Made by a program: the position numbers and the translations under genes
Part shown: positions 9,668 through 20,172 of the stretch, in pieces
Layout: every line of letters starts with the position of its first letter
Position numbering within the stretch: the stretch's first letter is position 1
Notes under the pieces: model-generated
The model's input: only the letters and a program-made list of their open reading frames with translations
Database searches by the model: none
Told to the model about the DNA's origin: nothing
Assembly: GCA_025351785.1 (NCBI GenBank)
Contig: JANXVF010000080.1
Location: 44,307 to 108,306, forward strand
Length of the DNA stretch: 64,000 nt
Reading direction: 5' to 3'
Source of the DNA: Flavobacterium sp.
Lineage (GTDB): Bacteria > Bacteroidota > Bacteroidia > Flavobacteriales > Flavobacteriaceae

Positions 9668-11071
9668 ATGTCGTCTCATTACGAAGCACCCATTAGGAAA
9701 CCTTTAGTTATAGGTGATAAAAGTTATCATGATATAACAGTTGATGTTGCAGCACCTGTTGAAGGAAAAGCAAATAAACAATGGTGGACTGTATTTTCAA
9801 TAGCTCTAATTGCCTTTATGTGGGGATTAGGTTGTATTATTTATACTATCTCAACAGGAATTGGTGTTTGGGGGTTAAATAAAACAGTAGGTTGGGCTTG
9901 GGATATTACAAATTTTGTTTGGTGGGTTGGAATCGGTCACGCGGGAACATTAATATCTGCAGTACTTCTACTTTTCCGTCAGCGTTGGAGAATGGCAATT
10001 AACCGTTCTGCCGAAGCAATGACTATTTTTTCTGTAATCCAAGCTGGTTTATTTCCTATTATTCACATGGGAAGACCTTGGTTGGCATACTGGGTTGTAC
10101 CGATACCTAATCAATTTGGTTCATTGTGGGTAAACTTTAACTCTCCATTACTTTGGGATGTATTTGCAATATCTACATATTTATCTGTTTCTTTAGTTTT
10201 TTGGTGGACAGGATTATTACCCGATTTTGCTATGTTAAGAGACAGAGCAGTTACGCCATTTACAAAAAAAATATATACAATTTTAAGTTTTGGCTGGAGC
10301 GGAAGAACCAAAGACTGGCAACGTTTTGAAGAAGTATCATTAGTATTAGCTGGTTTAGCAACACCATTAGTACTTTCAGTGCATACGATAGTATCTTTTG
10401 ACTTTGCAACTTCAATTGTTCCTGGTTGGCATACAACAATTTTTCCACCTTATTTTGTTGCAGGTGCTGTTTTTTCTGGTTTTGCAATGGTGAATACTTT
10501 ACTTATCATCATGAGAAAAGTATCAAATTTGGAGGCATATATCACAGTACAACATATCGAATTAATGAATATTGTAATTATGATTACAGGATCAATAGTT
10601 GGTGTTGCATATATAACTGAACTTTTTGTGGCGTGGTATTCTGGAGTTGAATATGAACAATACGCATTTTTAAATAGAGCTACTGGACCTTACTGGTGGG
10701 CATACTGGAGTATGATGACTTGTAATGTTTTTTCACCTCAGTTTATGTGGTCAAAAAAATTAAGAACAAGTATTATGTTTTCATTTATCATTTCTATTGT
10801 TGTAAACATAGGTATGTGGTTTGAACGGTTTGTGATTATAGTTACTTCACTTCATAGAGATTATCTACCATCATCTTGGACAATGTTTTCACCAACATTT
10901 GTAGATATTGGAATTTTCATAGGAACTATTGGTTTTTTCTTTGTATTATTTTTACTTTATGCAAGAACATTCCCCGTTATAGCACAAGCTGAGGTTAAGA
11001 CAATTTTGAAGTCATCAGGAGAAAATTTTAAAAGAGCTAGAGAAGCAAATAAAGATTCACATCATGAGTAA
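9668..11071 (+). CDS. actC: Alternative complex III NrfD-family quinol-oxidising membrane subunit
   Basis: WDITNFVWWVGIGHAGTLISA, IHMGRPW, NFNSPLLWDVFA; polytopic membrane protein. Confidence 0.93.
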   Translation: MSSHYEAPIRKPLVIGDKSYHDITVDVAAPVEGKANKQWWTVFSIALIAFMWGLGCIIYTISTGIGVWGLNKTVGWAWDITNFVWWVGIGHAGTLISAVLLLFRQRWRMAINRSAEAMTIFSVIQAGLFPIIHMGRPWLAYWVVPIPNQFGSLWVNFNSPLLWDVFAISTYLSVSLVFWWTGLLPDFAMLRDRAVTPFTKKIYTILSFGWSGRTKDWQRFEEVSLVLAGLATPLVLSVHTIVSFDFATSIVPGWHTTIFPPYFVAGAVFSGFAMVNTLLIIMRKVSNLEAYITVQHIELMNIVIMITGSIVGVAYITELFVAWYSGVEYEQYAFLNRATGPYWWAYWSMMTCNVFSPQFMWSKKLRTSIMFSFIISIVVNIGMWFERFVIIVTSLHRDYLPSSWTMFSPTFVDIGIFIGTIGFFFVLFLLYARTFPVIAQAEVKTILKSSGENFKRAREANKDSHHE

Positions 11072-11588
11072 TAGAGTAGTATATGCAATATATAATGATG
11101 ATGATGTTTTAATGGATGCTGTAAAGCAAACTAGAGCAGCACATCATCATATTGAAGAGATTTTTACACCATTTCCAGTTCACGGATTAGACAAGGCAAT
11201 GGGTTTAGCACCAACTAGATTAGCAATTTGCTCTTTTATTTATGGCTGTATCGGTTTGGCAGTCGCTACCACGATGATGGATTATATAATGATTCAGGAT
11301 TGGCCTCAAGATATCGGTGGTAAACCCAGTATGAGTTACATTCAAAATATGCCAGCATTTGTTCCAGTTATGTTTGAAATGACAGTTTTCTTTGCAGCGC
11401 ACTTAATGGTAATTACATTTTACATGAGAAGTAAGTTGTGGCCCTTTAAAAAAGCAGAAAATCCTGATTTGAGAACTACAGATGACCATTTTTTAATGGA
11501 AATCGCTGTAAATGATAATGAAGATGAATTAACTTCTTTCTTGAAAAATACAGGTGCAGTCGAAGTTAAAGTAATTGATAAACATTAA
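11064..11588 (+). CDS. actD: Alternative complex III subunit D (DUF3341)
   Basis: FTPFPVHGLDKAMG, DWPQDIGGKP, FVPVMFEMTV; overlaps the actC stop codon. Confidence 0.9.
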   Translation: MSNRVVYAIYNDDDVLMDAVKQTRAAHHHIEEIFTPFPVHGLDKAMGLAPTRLAICSFIYGCIGLAVATTMMDYIMIQDWPQDIGGKPSMSYIQNMPAFVPVMFEMTVFFAAHLMVITFYMRSKLWPFKKAENPDLRTTDDHFLMEIAVNDNEDELTSFLKNTGAVEVKVIDKH

Positions 11589-11590
11589 TT

Positions 11591-12151
11591 ATGAAAAGTA
11601 TTTTTAAAACTTTGTTTATTTTAGGTATAATAATATTTTTTGCTTCTTGTAAAAGAAGTAATAAACCTAATTATCAATACATGCCTAATATGTATGAATC
11701 TGTTGCATACGAAACATATTCTGAATCTAATGCCTTCAATTCACCTTATGGATTAAAAGGCAAAGAAGGCCAGTTACCTCCATCTCATACTATAAAAAGA
11801 GGTTTTGTACCTTATGAATATGCAAATACAACAGAAGGTTATAATTTAGCAAAATTAAATTCAAAGTCTCCATTGGATTCTACATCAGTAGATATCGTAA
11901 AAGGTCAAGAATTATTTGAGATTTATTGCGCAATTTGTCACGGAAATGCTGGAAACGGTAAAGGTAAACTTGTTACACAAGGTAAATACCTTGGTGTTCC
12001 TAGTTATGCTGATAGAGATATTACAACAGGCAGTGTCAATCATGTAATCACTTACGGACTAAACTCTATGGGACCTTATTCTAACCAACTAAATCAGACT
12101 GAGCGCTGGAATGTTGCGGCTTATGTAATAAAGTTAAAAGGCGAATTATAA
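11591..12151 (+). CDS. actE: Alternative complex III monoheme cytochrome c lipoprotein
   Basis: Lipobox FASC, YQYMPNMYES, a single CAICH, YGLNSMG. Confidence 0.9.
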   Translation: MKSIFKTLFILGIIIFFASCKRSNKPNYQYMPNMYESVAYETYSESNAFNSPYGLKGKEGQLPPSHTIKRGFVPYEYANTTEGYNLAKLNSKSPLDSTSVDIVKGQELFEIYCAICHGNAGNGKGKLVTQGKYLGVPSYADRDITTGSVNHVITYGLNSMGPYSNQLNQTERWNVAAYVIKLKGEL

Positions 12152-12180
12152 ATATAGAACAAACAGTTATTGTTATAGAT

Positions 12181-13512
12181 ATGTATACATTTTCAAATAA
12201 ATTAAAAAATATTTCGTTCATCTTAATGCTTCTTGGTGTTCTTGGTATCGGATATGGTTTTTATACTGCACCTAAAGATATTAAGCAAGTGGAAACTATG
12301 TTAGCTTCTGAAGCTCATCATGAAGGTACACACGAGTTTGTTAATACAAAAGAAAAACCAAAATCAGCTACAGAAATCAAAGAAGAACATACAGCCCATG
12401 TTGAACATGTTTTTCGTCAATTGCAAAACAAACCATGGTCAGCACTTTATGTTGCTTGTATATTTTTTATGCTTGTTACTCTTGGTTCTTTAGCTTTTTA
12501 TGCTATTCAACAAGTTGCTCAAGCAGGTTGGTCGCCTGTTTTATTTAGAGTAATGCAAGGTATAACCGCTTATCTTCCTGTTGGGTCTATTATATTTTTC
12601 GTTCTTTTATTACTTTCTGGATTTCATTTAAATCATATTTTTACTTGGCTTGAAGAAGGTGTAACAACCAAAGGTAGTTCAAATTATGACGAGATGATTG
12701 CAGGAAAATCAGGCTATTTGAACTTTGCGTTTTGGATTTCTAGAGCAACAATTTTCTTATTAGGTTGGAATTTATATCGTTATTTTTCTCGAAAAAATTG
12801 TTTAGCACAAGATGAAACAACGGATAATATATTTTATAAAAAGAATTTTAAAATGTCAGCGGCATTTTTAGTATTTTTTATTGTTTCAGAATCAATAATG
12901 TCCTGGGATTGGTTAATGTCTTTTGACCCGCACTGGTTTAGTACTTTATTTGGCTGGTATGTTTTTGCTAGTTTTTTTGTAAGTGGTATAACAACAATAT
13001 CTATGGTAACTTTATATTTAAAATCTAAAGGATATTTAGAAAACGTAAATTCGAGCCATATTCATGATTTATCAAAATTTATGTTTGGGATTAGTGTTTT
13101 CTGGACTTATTTATGGTTTTCTCAGTTTATGCTAATTTGGTATGCAAATATTCCAGAGGAGGTTACCTATTTTAAAACAAGAATTGAACTTTATAATTTA
13201 CCTTTCTTTGGTGCAGTAGTTATGAATTTTGTTTTTCCAATATTAGTTCTTATCAATACTGATTTCAAAAGAATTGCACCAATCATAGTTGGAGCGGGTG
13301 TGGTAATATTGTGCGGTCATTATATAGATTTTTTCAATATGGTAATGCCAGCAACTGTAGGAGATCATTGGTTTATTGGCGTTTCTGAAATAGCATCAGT
13401 ATTCTTTTTCCTAGGGTTATTTATTTTTGTTGTATTTACAGCTTTAACCAAAGCACCTCTATTGCCTAAGCGGAATCCTTTTATTGAAGAAAGCAAACAT
13501 TTTCATTATTAA
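12181..13512 (+). CDS. actF: Alternative complex III membrane subunit F
   Basis: WDWLMSFDPHWFSTLFGWY, FWTYLWFSQFMLIWYANIPEE. Confidence 0.9.
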   Translation: MYTFSNKLKNISFILMLLGVLGIGYGFYTAPKDIKQVETMLASEAHHEGTHEFVNTKEKPKSATEIKEEHTAHVEHVFRQLQNKPWSALYVACIFFMLVTLGSLAFYAIQQVAQAGWSPVLFRVMQGITAYLPVGSIIFFVLLLLSGFHLNHIFTWLEEGVTTKGSSNYDEMIAGKSGYLNFAFWISRATIFLLGWNLYRYFSRKNCLAQDETTDNIFYKKNFKMSAAFLVFFIVSESIMSWDWLMSFDPHWFSTLFGWYVFASFFVSGITTISMVTLYLKSKGYLENVNSSHIHDLSKFMFGISVFWTYLWFSQFMLIWYANIPEEVTYFKTRIELYNLPFFGAVVMNFVFPILVLINTDFKRIAPIIVGAGVVILCGHYIDFFNMVMPATVGDHWFIGVSEIASVFFFLGLFIFVVFTALTKAPLLPKRNPFIEESKHFHY

Positions 13513-13532
13513 TATTTAAAAGCAAAAAACAA

Positions 13533-14702
13533 ATGACGAGTCTATTAGTACTTATTGTTTTAGTTTTACTATCAGTTGCCATTTGGCAATTAACTAAAAT
13601 TTTCGATTTAACTCAAGTTGGGAAAACATCAAATAATTCCCAAATCGCAGATGATAAAGACAACAAAATAAATGGTTACCTTATGTTTGGGTTCCTTGTT
13701 TTTATTTATGCCATCACAATATATTGTATATTAAATTATGGAAAATTTCCATTAATTGGAGGTTCGGCATCTGTTCATGGGAAAGGTCTTGATCAATTGA
13801 TGTGGATTTCTATGATGATGATTTTCTTTGTTCAAACCGTTACTCAAGCGCTCCTCTATTATTTTTCATATAAATATCGAGGTAAAACAGGCAATAAAGC
13901 CACATACTTTGCTGACAATAATAAATTAGAATTTATTTGGAGTTCGATTCCAGCCGTTGTTCTTGCAGTCTTAATTTTTTATGGATTGTACGCCTGGACA
14001 GATATTATGTTTGTAAACGAAAAAGAAGACAAACCTATAGTTATTGAGCTTTATGCGCAACAATTTAAATGGACGGCTAGATATGCAGGAAATGACAGGG
14101 TTTTAGGTAAAGCAAATGTTCGATATATTGAGGGAGTTAATTCTCTTGGAGTTGATTTAGCTGATCCAAATGCTCAAGATGACTTCATTTCAGATGAACT
14201 TCACATACCTAAGGGTAAAAAAGTTTTATTTAAAATGCGTTCTCAAGATGTTTTGCATTCTGCATACATGCCACACTTTAGAGCTCAAATGAATTGTGTG
14301 CCCGGTATGGTGACTCAATTTGCCTTTATTCCAGATATGACTACTGCGGAGATGAGAGATACCGAAGATATGTTAGAAAAAGTAGCAAATATTAATGATA
14401 TTAGATCCAAAAAAAGTGTTGAACTTTTAGCAGAAGGAAAAGCTGGTTTAGATCCATATACTTTTGATTTTTTATTGTTGTGTAACAAAATATGTGGTGC
14501 ATCTCATTATAATATGCAAATGAAAATTGTAGTAGATACGCCTGAAGATTACAAAAAATGGTTGAATGATAAAAAAACAATAGTTTCTTCGGTAAAAGCC
14601 GAAGCTTTATCTGCTGAAGAAAGTAAATCAGGAGGAACCAAAAAAGATTCAACATCAGTTAAAAAAGAGACAATAGTTGCACAAACCGTTGTAATGAAAT
14701 AA
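13533..14702 (+). CDS. ctaC: Cytochrome c oxidase subunit II
   Basis: AQQFKWTARY, SQDVLHSAYMP, CuA motif CNKICGASHYNM. Confidence 0.93.
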   Translation: MTSLLVLIVLVLLSVAIWQLTKIFDLTQVGKTSNNSQIADDKDNKINGYLMFGFLVFIYAITIYCILNYGKFPLIGGSASVHGKGLDQLMWISMMMIFFVQTVTQALLYYFSYKYRGKTGNKATYFADNNKLEFIWSSIPAVVLAVLIFYGLYAWTDIMFVNEKEDKPIVIELYAQQFKWTARYAGNDRVLGKANVRYIEGVNSLGVDLADPNAQDDFISDELHIPKGKKVLFKMRSQDVLHSAYMPHFRAQMNCVPGMVTQFAFIPDMTTAEMRDTEDMLEKVANINDIRSKKSVELLAEGKAGLDPYTFDFLLLCNKICGASHYNMQMKIVVDTPEDYKKWLNDKKTIVSSVKAEALSAEESKSGGTKKDSTSVKKETIVAQTVVMK

Positions 14703-14731
14703 TTTTGTAAAAATATTTTATAATTTTTATT

Positions 14732-16588
14732 ATGAGACAAGATCAATATACTGGTGCAATAAATATTAATGACCATTCGTTAGTTAACTTGCACGATAAC
14801 CATTCTCATGAATCCCATGATAATGACCATCATGAACATCATCACAAAGACACCTTTATTACTAAATATATTTTTAGTATTGATCACAAAATGATTGCAA
14901 AACAGTACCTAATATCAGGTATTATTATGGGAGTCATTGGTGTTGGTATGTCAATGCTTTTTAGAATGCAATTAGCTTGGCCTGAGCAATCTTTTAAAGT
15001 TTTTAGTTTCTTTTTGGGCGAAAATCATGCTCCAGGAGGAGTTATGACAAACGAAACATATCTTTCATTAATAACAATACATGGAACCATTATGGTATTT
15101 TTTGTATTGACTGCTGCATTGAGTGGAACTTTTAGTAATTTACTGATTCCCCTTCAACTTGGTGCTCGCGATATGGCTTCTGGTTTTTTAAATATGGTAT
15201 CTTATTGGTTGTTTTTTACTTCTAGTATAGTTATGGTTAGTTCATTATTTATCGAATCTGGACCTGCATCTGCAGGTTGGACTATTTATCCGCCACTAAG
15301 TGCTCTACCTCAAGCTATTTCTGGATCAGGTCTTGGTATGACTTTATGGTTAACTTCTATGGCAATATTTATTGCATCCTCTTTAATGGGGTCACTAAAT
15401 TATATTGTTACAGTAATCAATTTGAGAACCAAAGGAATGTCGATGACTAGAATGCCATTAACTATATGGGCATTTTTTGTTACTGCAATTATTGGAGTAG
15501 TTTCTTTTCCAGTTTTATTATCTGCAGCTCTTATGTTGATAATGGATAGAAGCTTCGGAACTTCATTTTTCTTATCTGATATTTATATTGCTGGAGAAGT
15601 ATTAAACTACCAAGGAGGATCTCCTGTTTTATTTGAACATTTATTTTGGTTTTTAGGTCATCCAGAGGTTTACATAGTTCTCTTACCAGCACTTGGGATA
15701 ACTTCAGAAGTTATAGCAACAAATTCACGTAAGCCAATTTTTGGGTATAGAGCAATGATTATGTCAATTTTAGCAATTGCATTTTTATCAACCATTGTTT
15801 GGGGTCACCACATGTTTATTTCAGGTATGAATCCATTTTTAGGATCGGTTTTCACATTTACGACCTTGTTAATTGCCATACCATCTGCAGTAAAAGCATT
15901 TAATTATATAACTACTTTGTGGAAAGGCAACTTACAATTAAATCCTGCAATGTTATTCTCAATTGGTTTAGTGTCAACGTTTATTACTGGAGGTTTAACA
16001 GGAATAATTTTGGGCGATAGTACTCTTGACATAAACGTACACGACACTTATTTTGTGGTAGCACATTTCCATTTAGTAATGGGTATTTCTGCTTTGTACG
16101 GTATGTTTGCTGGTATATATCATTGGTATCCAAAAATGTTTGGAAGAATGTTAAATAAAAATTTAGGTTATATTCACTTTTGGGTAACAGCAATTTGTGC
16201 CTATGGTGTTTTCTTTCCAATGCATTTTATAGGTATGGCAGGATTACCTAGACGTTATTATACAAATACAAACTTCCCATTATTTGATGATCTTGCTGAT
16301 GTAAATGTTATCATTACTGTATTTGCATTAGTAGGTGGCGCTTTTCAGTTAGTTTTCTTATGGAATTTCTTTTACAGTATATTTTATGGTGAAAAAACTG
16401 TACAAAATCCTTGGAGATCTAACACGTTAGAATGGACTGCTCCGATTGAACACATGCACGGAAATTGGCCTGGAGAAATCCCTGAAGTACACAGATGGCC
16501 TTATGATTACAGTAAGCCAGGTCATGAAGAAGATTTTGTGCCACAAAATGTTCCTTTGATGGAAGGTGAAGAAGTGTTACATCACTAA
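14732..16588 (+). CDS. ctaD: Cytochrome c oxidase subunit I (A-type heme-copper oxidase)
   Basis: [39 protein letters not shown]. Confidence 0.96.
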   Translation: MRQDQYTGAININDHSLVNLHDNHSHESHDNDHHEHHHKDTFITKYIFSIDHKMIAKQYLISGIIMGVIGVGMSMLFRMQLAWPEQSFKVFSFFLGENHAPGGVMTNETYLSLITIHGTIMVFFVLTAALSGTFSNLLIPLQLGARDMASGFLNMVSYWLFFTSSIVMVSSLFIESGPASAGWTIYPPLSALPQAISGSGLGMTLWLTSMAIFIASSLMGSLNYIVTVINLRTKGMSMTRMPLTIWAFFVTAIIGVVSFPVLLSAALMLIMDRSFGTSFFLSDIYIAGEVLNYQGGSPVLFEHLFWFLGHPEVYIVLLPALGITSEVIATNSRKPIFGYRAMIMSILAIAFLSTIVWGHHMFISGMNPFLGSVFTFTTLLIAIPSAVKAFNYITTLWKGNLQLNPAMLFSIGLVSTFITGGLTGIILGDSTLDINVHDTYFVVAHFHLVMGISALYGMFAGIYHWYPKMFGRMLNKNLGYIHFWVTAICAYGVFFPMHFIGMAGLPRRYYTNTNFPLFDDLADVNVIITVFALVGGAFQLVFLWNFFYSIFYGEKTVQNPWRSNTLEWTAPIEHMHGNWPGEIPEVHRWPYDYSKPGHEEDFVPQNVPLMEGEEVLHH

Positions 16589-16604
16589 AAATATTAAATA
16601 TTAC

Positions 16605-16640
16605 AAAATGCCTTTTGATTTTCAAAAGGCATTTTTTTTT
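16605..16640 (+). terminator. Intrinsic terminator after ctaD
   Basis: AAAATGCCTTTTGA-ttt-TCAAAAGGCATTTT followed by a T-run. Confidence 0.9.
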
Positions 16641-16656
16641 ACAGAAAACTTTACTT

Positions 16657-16664
16657 TATATTTG
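16657..16664 (+). promoter_or_regulatory. -7 promoter box for ruvB
   Basis: TATATTTG ends 5 nt before the ATG at 16669. Confidence 0.7.
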
Positions 16665-16668
16665 TAAT

Positions 16669-17691
16669 ATGAATGAAAATTTAGATCCAACTAAAGATAA
16701 TTATAATTTTGATGAATTAGATGTAGAAAAAAAATTACGTCCTCTTTCGTTTGATGATTTTACCGGGCAAGAACAAATTTTAGATAATCTAAAAGTGTTT
16801 GTCGAAGCTGCAAATCAACGGAATGAAGCACTTGATCACACACTGTTTCATGGTCCTCCTGGTTTAGGCAAAACTACTTTAGCCAATATTTTAGCAAGTG
16901 AGCTTGGAGTTGGTATTAAAATAACTTCAGGACCTGTTTTAGATAAACCAGGAGATCTCGCCGGATTATTAACTAATTTAGAAGAGAGAGATGTATTATT
17001 TATAGATGAAATTCATCGTTTAAGTCCCATTGTCGAAGAATATTTATACTCTGCAATGGAAGATTACAAAATTGATATCATGATTGAATCGGGCCCAAAT
17101 GCTCGAACCGTTCAAATCAATTTAAATCCCTTTACTCTAGTTGGTGCAACAACACGTTCTGGCTTATTAACAGCTCCAATGAGAGCAAGATTTGGAATTC
17201 AAAGTCGTTTGCAATATTATAATACTGAACTTTTAACTACAATAGTTCAACGAAGCGCAACAATACTAAAAATGCCAATTACGATGGAGGCTGCAATCGA
17301 AATTGCGGGTAGAAGTAGAGGCACGCCTAGAATTGCAAATGCATTATTAAGACGTGTACGAGATTTTGCTCAAATAAAAGGAAATGGTAAAATTGATATT
17401 GAAATTGCTCGTTTTTCATTAAAAGCTCTTAATGTTGATGCTCATGGTTTAGACGAAATGGACAATAAAATTTTAAATACTATAATAGATAAATTCAAAG
17501 GAGGTCCTGTAGGGTTATCGACCCTTGCAACTGCAGTTTCTGAAAGTGCAGAAACTATTGAGGAGGTTTATGAACCCTTTTTAATACAAGAAGGTTTTAT
17601 AATGAGAACTCCAAGAGGTAGAGAAGTTACAGAAAAGGCGTATACACATCTTGGAAAAATTAAATTAAATGTGCAAGGTGGCTTATTTTAA
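16669..17691 (+). CDS. ruvB: Holliday junction branch migration helicase
   Basis: [37 protein letters not shown]. The start is set at ATG 16669 because the ORF-track extension to 16615 runs through a terminator. Confidence 0.96.
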   Translation: MNENLDPTKDNYNFDELDVEKKLRPLSFDDFTGQEQILDNLKVFVEAANQRNEALDHTLFHGPPGLGKTTLANILASELGVGIKITSGPVLDKPGDLAGLLTNLEERDVLFIDEIHRLSPIVEEYLYSAMEDYKIDIMIESGPNARTVQINLNPFTLVGATTRSGLLTAPMRARFGIQSRLQYYNTELLTTIVQRSATILKMPITMEAAIEIAGRSRGTPRIANALLRRVRDFAQIKGNGKIDIEIARFSLKALNVDAHGLDEMDNKILNTIIDKFKGGPVGLSTLATAVSESAETIEEVYEPFLIQEGFIMRTPRGREVTEKAYTHLGKIKLNVQGGLF

Positions 17692-17700
17692 ATTAGTAAT

Positions 17701-18624
17701 TTGATTAACAATAAAACTAAATATACAGAACTCATAAAGTCTGAAGCAAAAAGACTTGGTTTTATGTCGTGTGGCATTTCTAAAGCTGGTTTTCTTGAAG
17801 AGGAAGCACCAAGATTTGAAAATTGGTTAAATAAAAACCAACATGGCAAAATGGGATACATGGAAAATAATTTTGACAAAAGGTTGAATCCAACGCTACT
17901 TGTTGAAGACGCTAAAAGTGTGATTTCTTTGCTTTTAAATTACTACCCGTCAGAATTTCAAAATCAAGATACTTTTAAAATTTCAAAATATGCTTATGGA
18001 GATGATTACCATTTTGTTATAAAAGATAAGCTTAAACTATTATTTCAAACTATTAAAGATACTATTGGTGATGTTCACGGAAGAATATTTGTTGATTCAG
18101 CACCAGTTTTAGACAAAGCTTGGGCCGCAAAAAGCGGATTAGGCTGGATAGGAAAAAATAGCAACCTAATTACTCAAAAAATTGGTTCGTTTTATTTTAT
18201 TGCAGAACTTATATTAGATTTAGATTTAGAATACGATTTTCCTGTGACAGATCACTGTGGAACTTGTACGGCATGTATTGATTCTTGCCCAACAGAAGCC
18301 ATAATTGCTCCATATCACGTTGACGGGAGCAAATGTATTTCTTATTTTACTATCGAGCTAAAAGAAAGTATTCCTTTAACTATGAAAGGAAAATTTGAAG
18401 ACTGGGCTTTTGGGTGCGATATTTGTCAAGATGTTTGTCCTTGGAACAAGTTTTCTAAATCACATAACGAAGACTTATTCAAAACTAAACCTGAAATTCT
18501 ATCATTTTCTAAAAATGATTGGACAGAAATTACAGAAGATGTATTTAATAATATTTTCAAAAATTCGGCATTAAAAAGAACAAAATTTGATGGTTTTAAA
18601 AGAAATTTAGAATTCTTAAAATAG
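17701..18624 (+). CDS. queG: Epoxyqueuosine reductase
   Basis: [25 protein letters not shown], Fe-S motifs [12 protein letters not shown] and [11 protein letters not shown]. Confidence 0.93.
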   Translation: MINNKTKYTELIKSEAKRLGFMSCGISKAGFLEEEAPRFENWLNKNQHGKMGYMENNFDKRLNPTLLVEDAKSVISLLLNYYPSEFQNQDTFKISKYAYGDDYHFVIKDKLKLLFQTIKDTIGDVHGRIFVDSAPVLDKAWAAKSGLGWIGKNSNLITQKIGSFYFIAELILDLDLEYDFPVTDHCGTCTACIDSCPTEAIIAPYHVDGSKCISYFTIELKESIPLTMKGKFEDWAFGCDICQDVCPWNKFSKSHNEDLFKTKPEILSFSKNDWTEITEDVFNNIFKNSALKRTKFDGFKRNLEFLK

Positions 18625-18635
18625 TTTTTTTGTGA

Positions 18636-18911
18636 CTACTCAGTCGGTTTTTTGCTAAACATTCTATAAATTAAAAACCCAACAATACCTACAAGTACAT
18701 AAGGAATAATCATTAAATAAACAATTCCATCATTTACAGCCTCAACTTTTGTTACATTTCCCTCACTTTCTAACGATGCTCTACACATAGCACACTGAGC
18801 AACTGAATTTACTGAAGCTAGTAAAATAGAACTTGTAAAAATTAAAGTAGTATTTAATTTTTTTATGAGTATTTTTCTATCCGAAAAATCAATTTTTATT
18901 TTATTAAGCAT
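18636..18911 (-). CDS. Small membrane protein with a CAMC motif, unknown function
   Basis: Hydrophobic leader ending SVA-Q, then CAMCRA and a C-terminal TM helix; overlaps the DUF420 stop codon by 8 nt. Confidence 0.7.
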   Translation of the reverse strand: MLNKIKIDFSDRKILIKKLNTTLIFTSSILLASVNSVAQCAMCRASLESEGNVTKVEAVNDGIVYLMIIPYVLVGIVGFLIYRMFSKKPTE

Positions 18912-19485
18912 AATATGGTGATATCATAAGGTATACAATTACCCCTGTGACTGCAACGTATAACCATAACGGAAACGTAATTCTTGCAAGTTTTTTGTGA
19001 CGAATAAAATCTTTAGATAAAGCTCTAGAATATGTAAATAAAACAAATGGAATAATAATTACAGATAACGCAATATGTGAAATTAAAAGTATTAAATATA
19101 TAATTCGTAAAGTTGCGACTGATTTTTTCTCATCAATATCTAATATCCCGTTATGATTAATATCTCCAAAAACGGTTGCTTCAGCTGACATATGATAGGC
19201 TACATACATTATTAAAAACACAACAGAACACCCAATGGCACTTGTCATAAATTTTTGATGTAATTGTATGTTTTTATTTCTTATTGAAATAACTCCTAAT
19301 ATAAGTAAAATAGCTGTTATTGCATTTATTGATGCATAAATTGGAGGCAGAAACGACAAGGGTTCTATTATAATTCCAAAGTCTTTTAAACGTATGCTAA
19401 ATAATAATGCAACTGCAACAGGTATTAATATAGAAACAAAAATTATAGGTGTTTTAAATCGGGATTCTAATGATGTGTTTTCCAT
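18904..19485 (-). CDS. DUF420 family membrane protein
   Basis: LPPIYASINA, SVVFLIMYVAYH, ILLISHIALS, PLWLYVAVTGVIVY. Confidence 0.88.
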   Translation of the reverse strand: MENTSLESRFKTPIIFVSILIPVAVALLFSIRLKDFGIIIEPLSFLPPIYASINAITAILLILGVISIRNKNIQLHQKFMTSAIGCSVVFLIMYVAYHMSAEATVFGDINHNGILDIDEKKSVATLRIIYLILLISHIALSVIIIPFVLFTYSRALSKDFIRHKKLARITFPLWLYVAVTGVIVYLMISPYYA

Positions 19486-19487
19486 TT

Positions 19488-20168
19488 TTATTCTTCTAAT
19501 AAAATTTTTATATCTTCTTTAAGTTTTAAAATATCATTTTTATCTAAACCATTATAATATATCAACGGATTATTAAATTTATCTTTTCTACTTGTTATTT
19601 TCCCATTTTTATCTATCAATGCAAAAAAACCTGAATGTTGAAATCCGCCATTTACTTTATTATTTTTAGCTGCATATAGATTAAAACCTTTACTTGCCAA
19701 GTCTAAAGTATATTGTTTTTCTCCTGTAAGAAAATGCCAGTTCGTGTTTGTTGCTCCAATATTTTTTGCATGTTTCTTTAAAACTTCTGGAGTATCGGTT
19801 TCTGGATTAATTGTGATTGATGCAATGCCAAAATTTTTGTTTGAGGCAAACTCATTCTCAATAGTAATCATGTTTTTATTCATGATAGGACAAATTGAAG
19901 GACAAGTAGAAAAGAAAAATTCTACAACATATACCTTACCTAAATAGTCTTTATCAGAAATTTTTAGATTGTTTTGATCTGTAAGTTCAAATTTTGGAAC
20001 TTGCCCGATGGTAACTAAAGTTTTAGAAATATTCGTTCCGTTTCCAGCGCTCATTCTATCATTTTGAGTTACAGTTCCATTTGTAACTCGATTAATTATT
20101 TTGGGCACAAAAATAATTCCAAAAACCAAAATTATAAATGAAATTCCTATGTAAGATTTATTTTTCAT
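19488..20168 (-). CDS. SCO1/SenC family copper chaperone
   Basis: FFFSTCPSICP (CxxxC) plus the conserved His in FQHSGFFALID. Start set at ATG 20168 (MKNKSY). Confidence 0.92.
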   Translation of the reverse strand: MKNKSYIGISFIILVFGIIFVPKIINRVTNGTVTQNDRMSAGNGTNISKTLVTIGQVPKFELTDQNNLKISDKDYLGKVYVVEFFFSTCPSICPIMNKNMITIENEFASNKNFGIASITINPETDTPEVLKKHAKNIGATNTNWHFLTGEKQYTLDLASKGFNLYAAKNNKVNGGFQHSGFFALIDKNGKITSRKDKFNNPLIYYNGLDKNDILKLKEDIKILLEE

Positions 20169-20172
20169 ACTG

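Noticed and set aside
16615-16668. ORF-track N-terminal extensions (also 20192, 40422, 49905, 55600, 62327)
   Set aside because: They start in terminators or promoters, or add non-conserved residues; downstream ATGs fit better.
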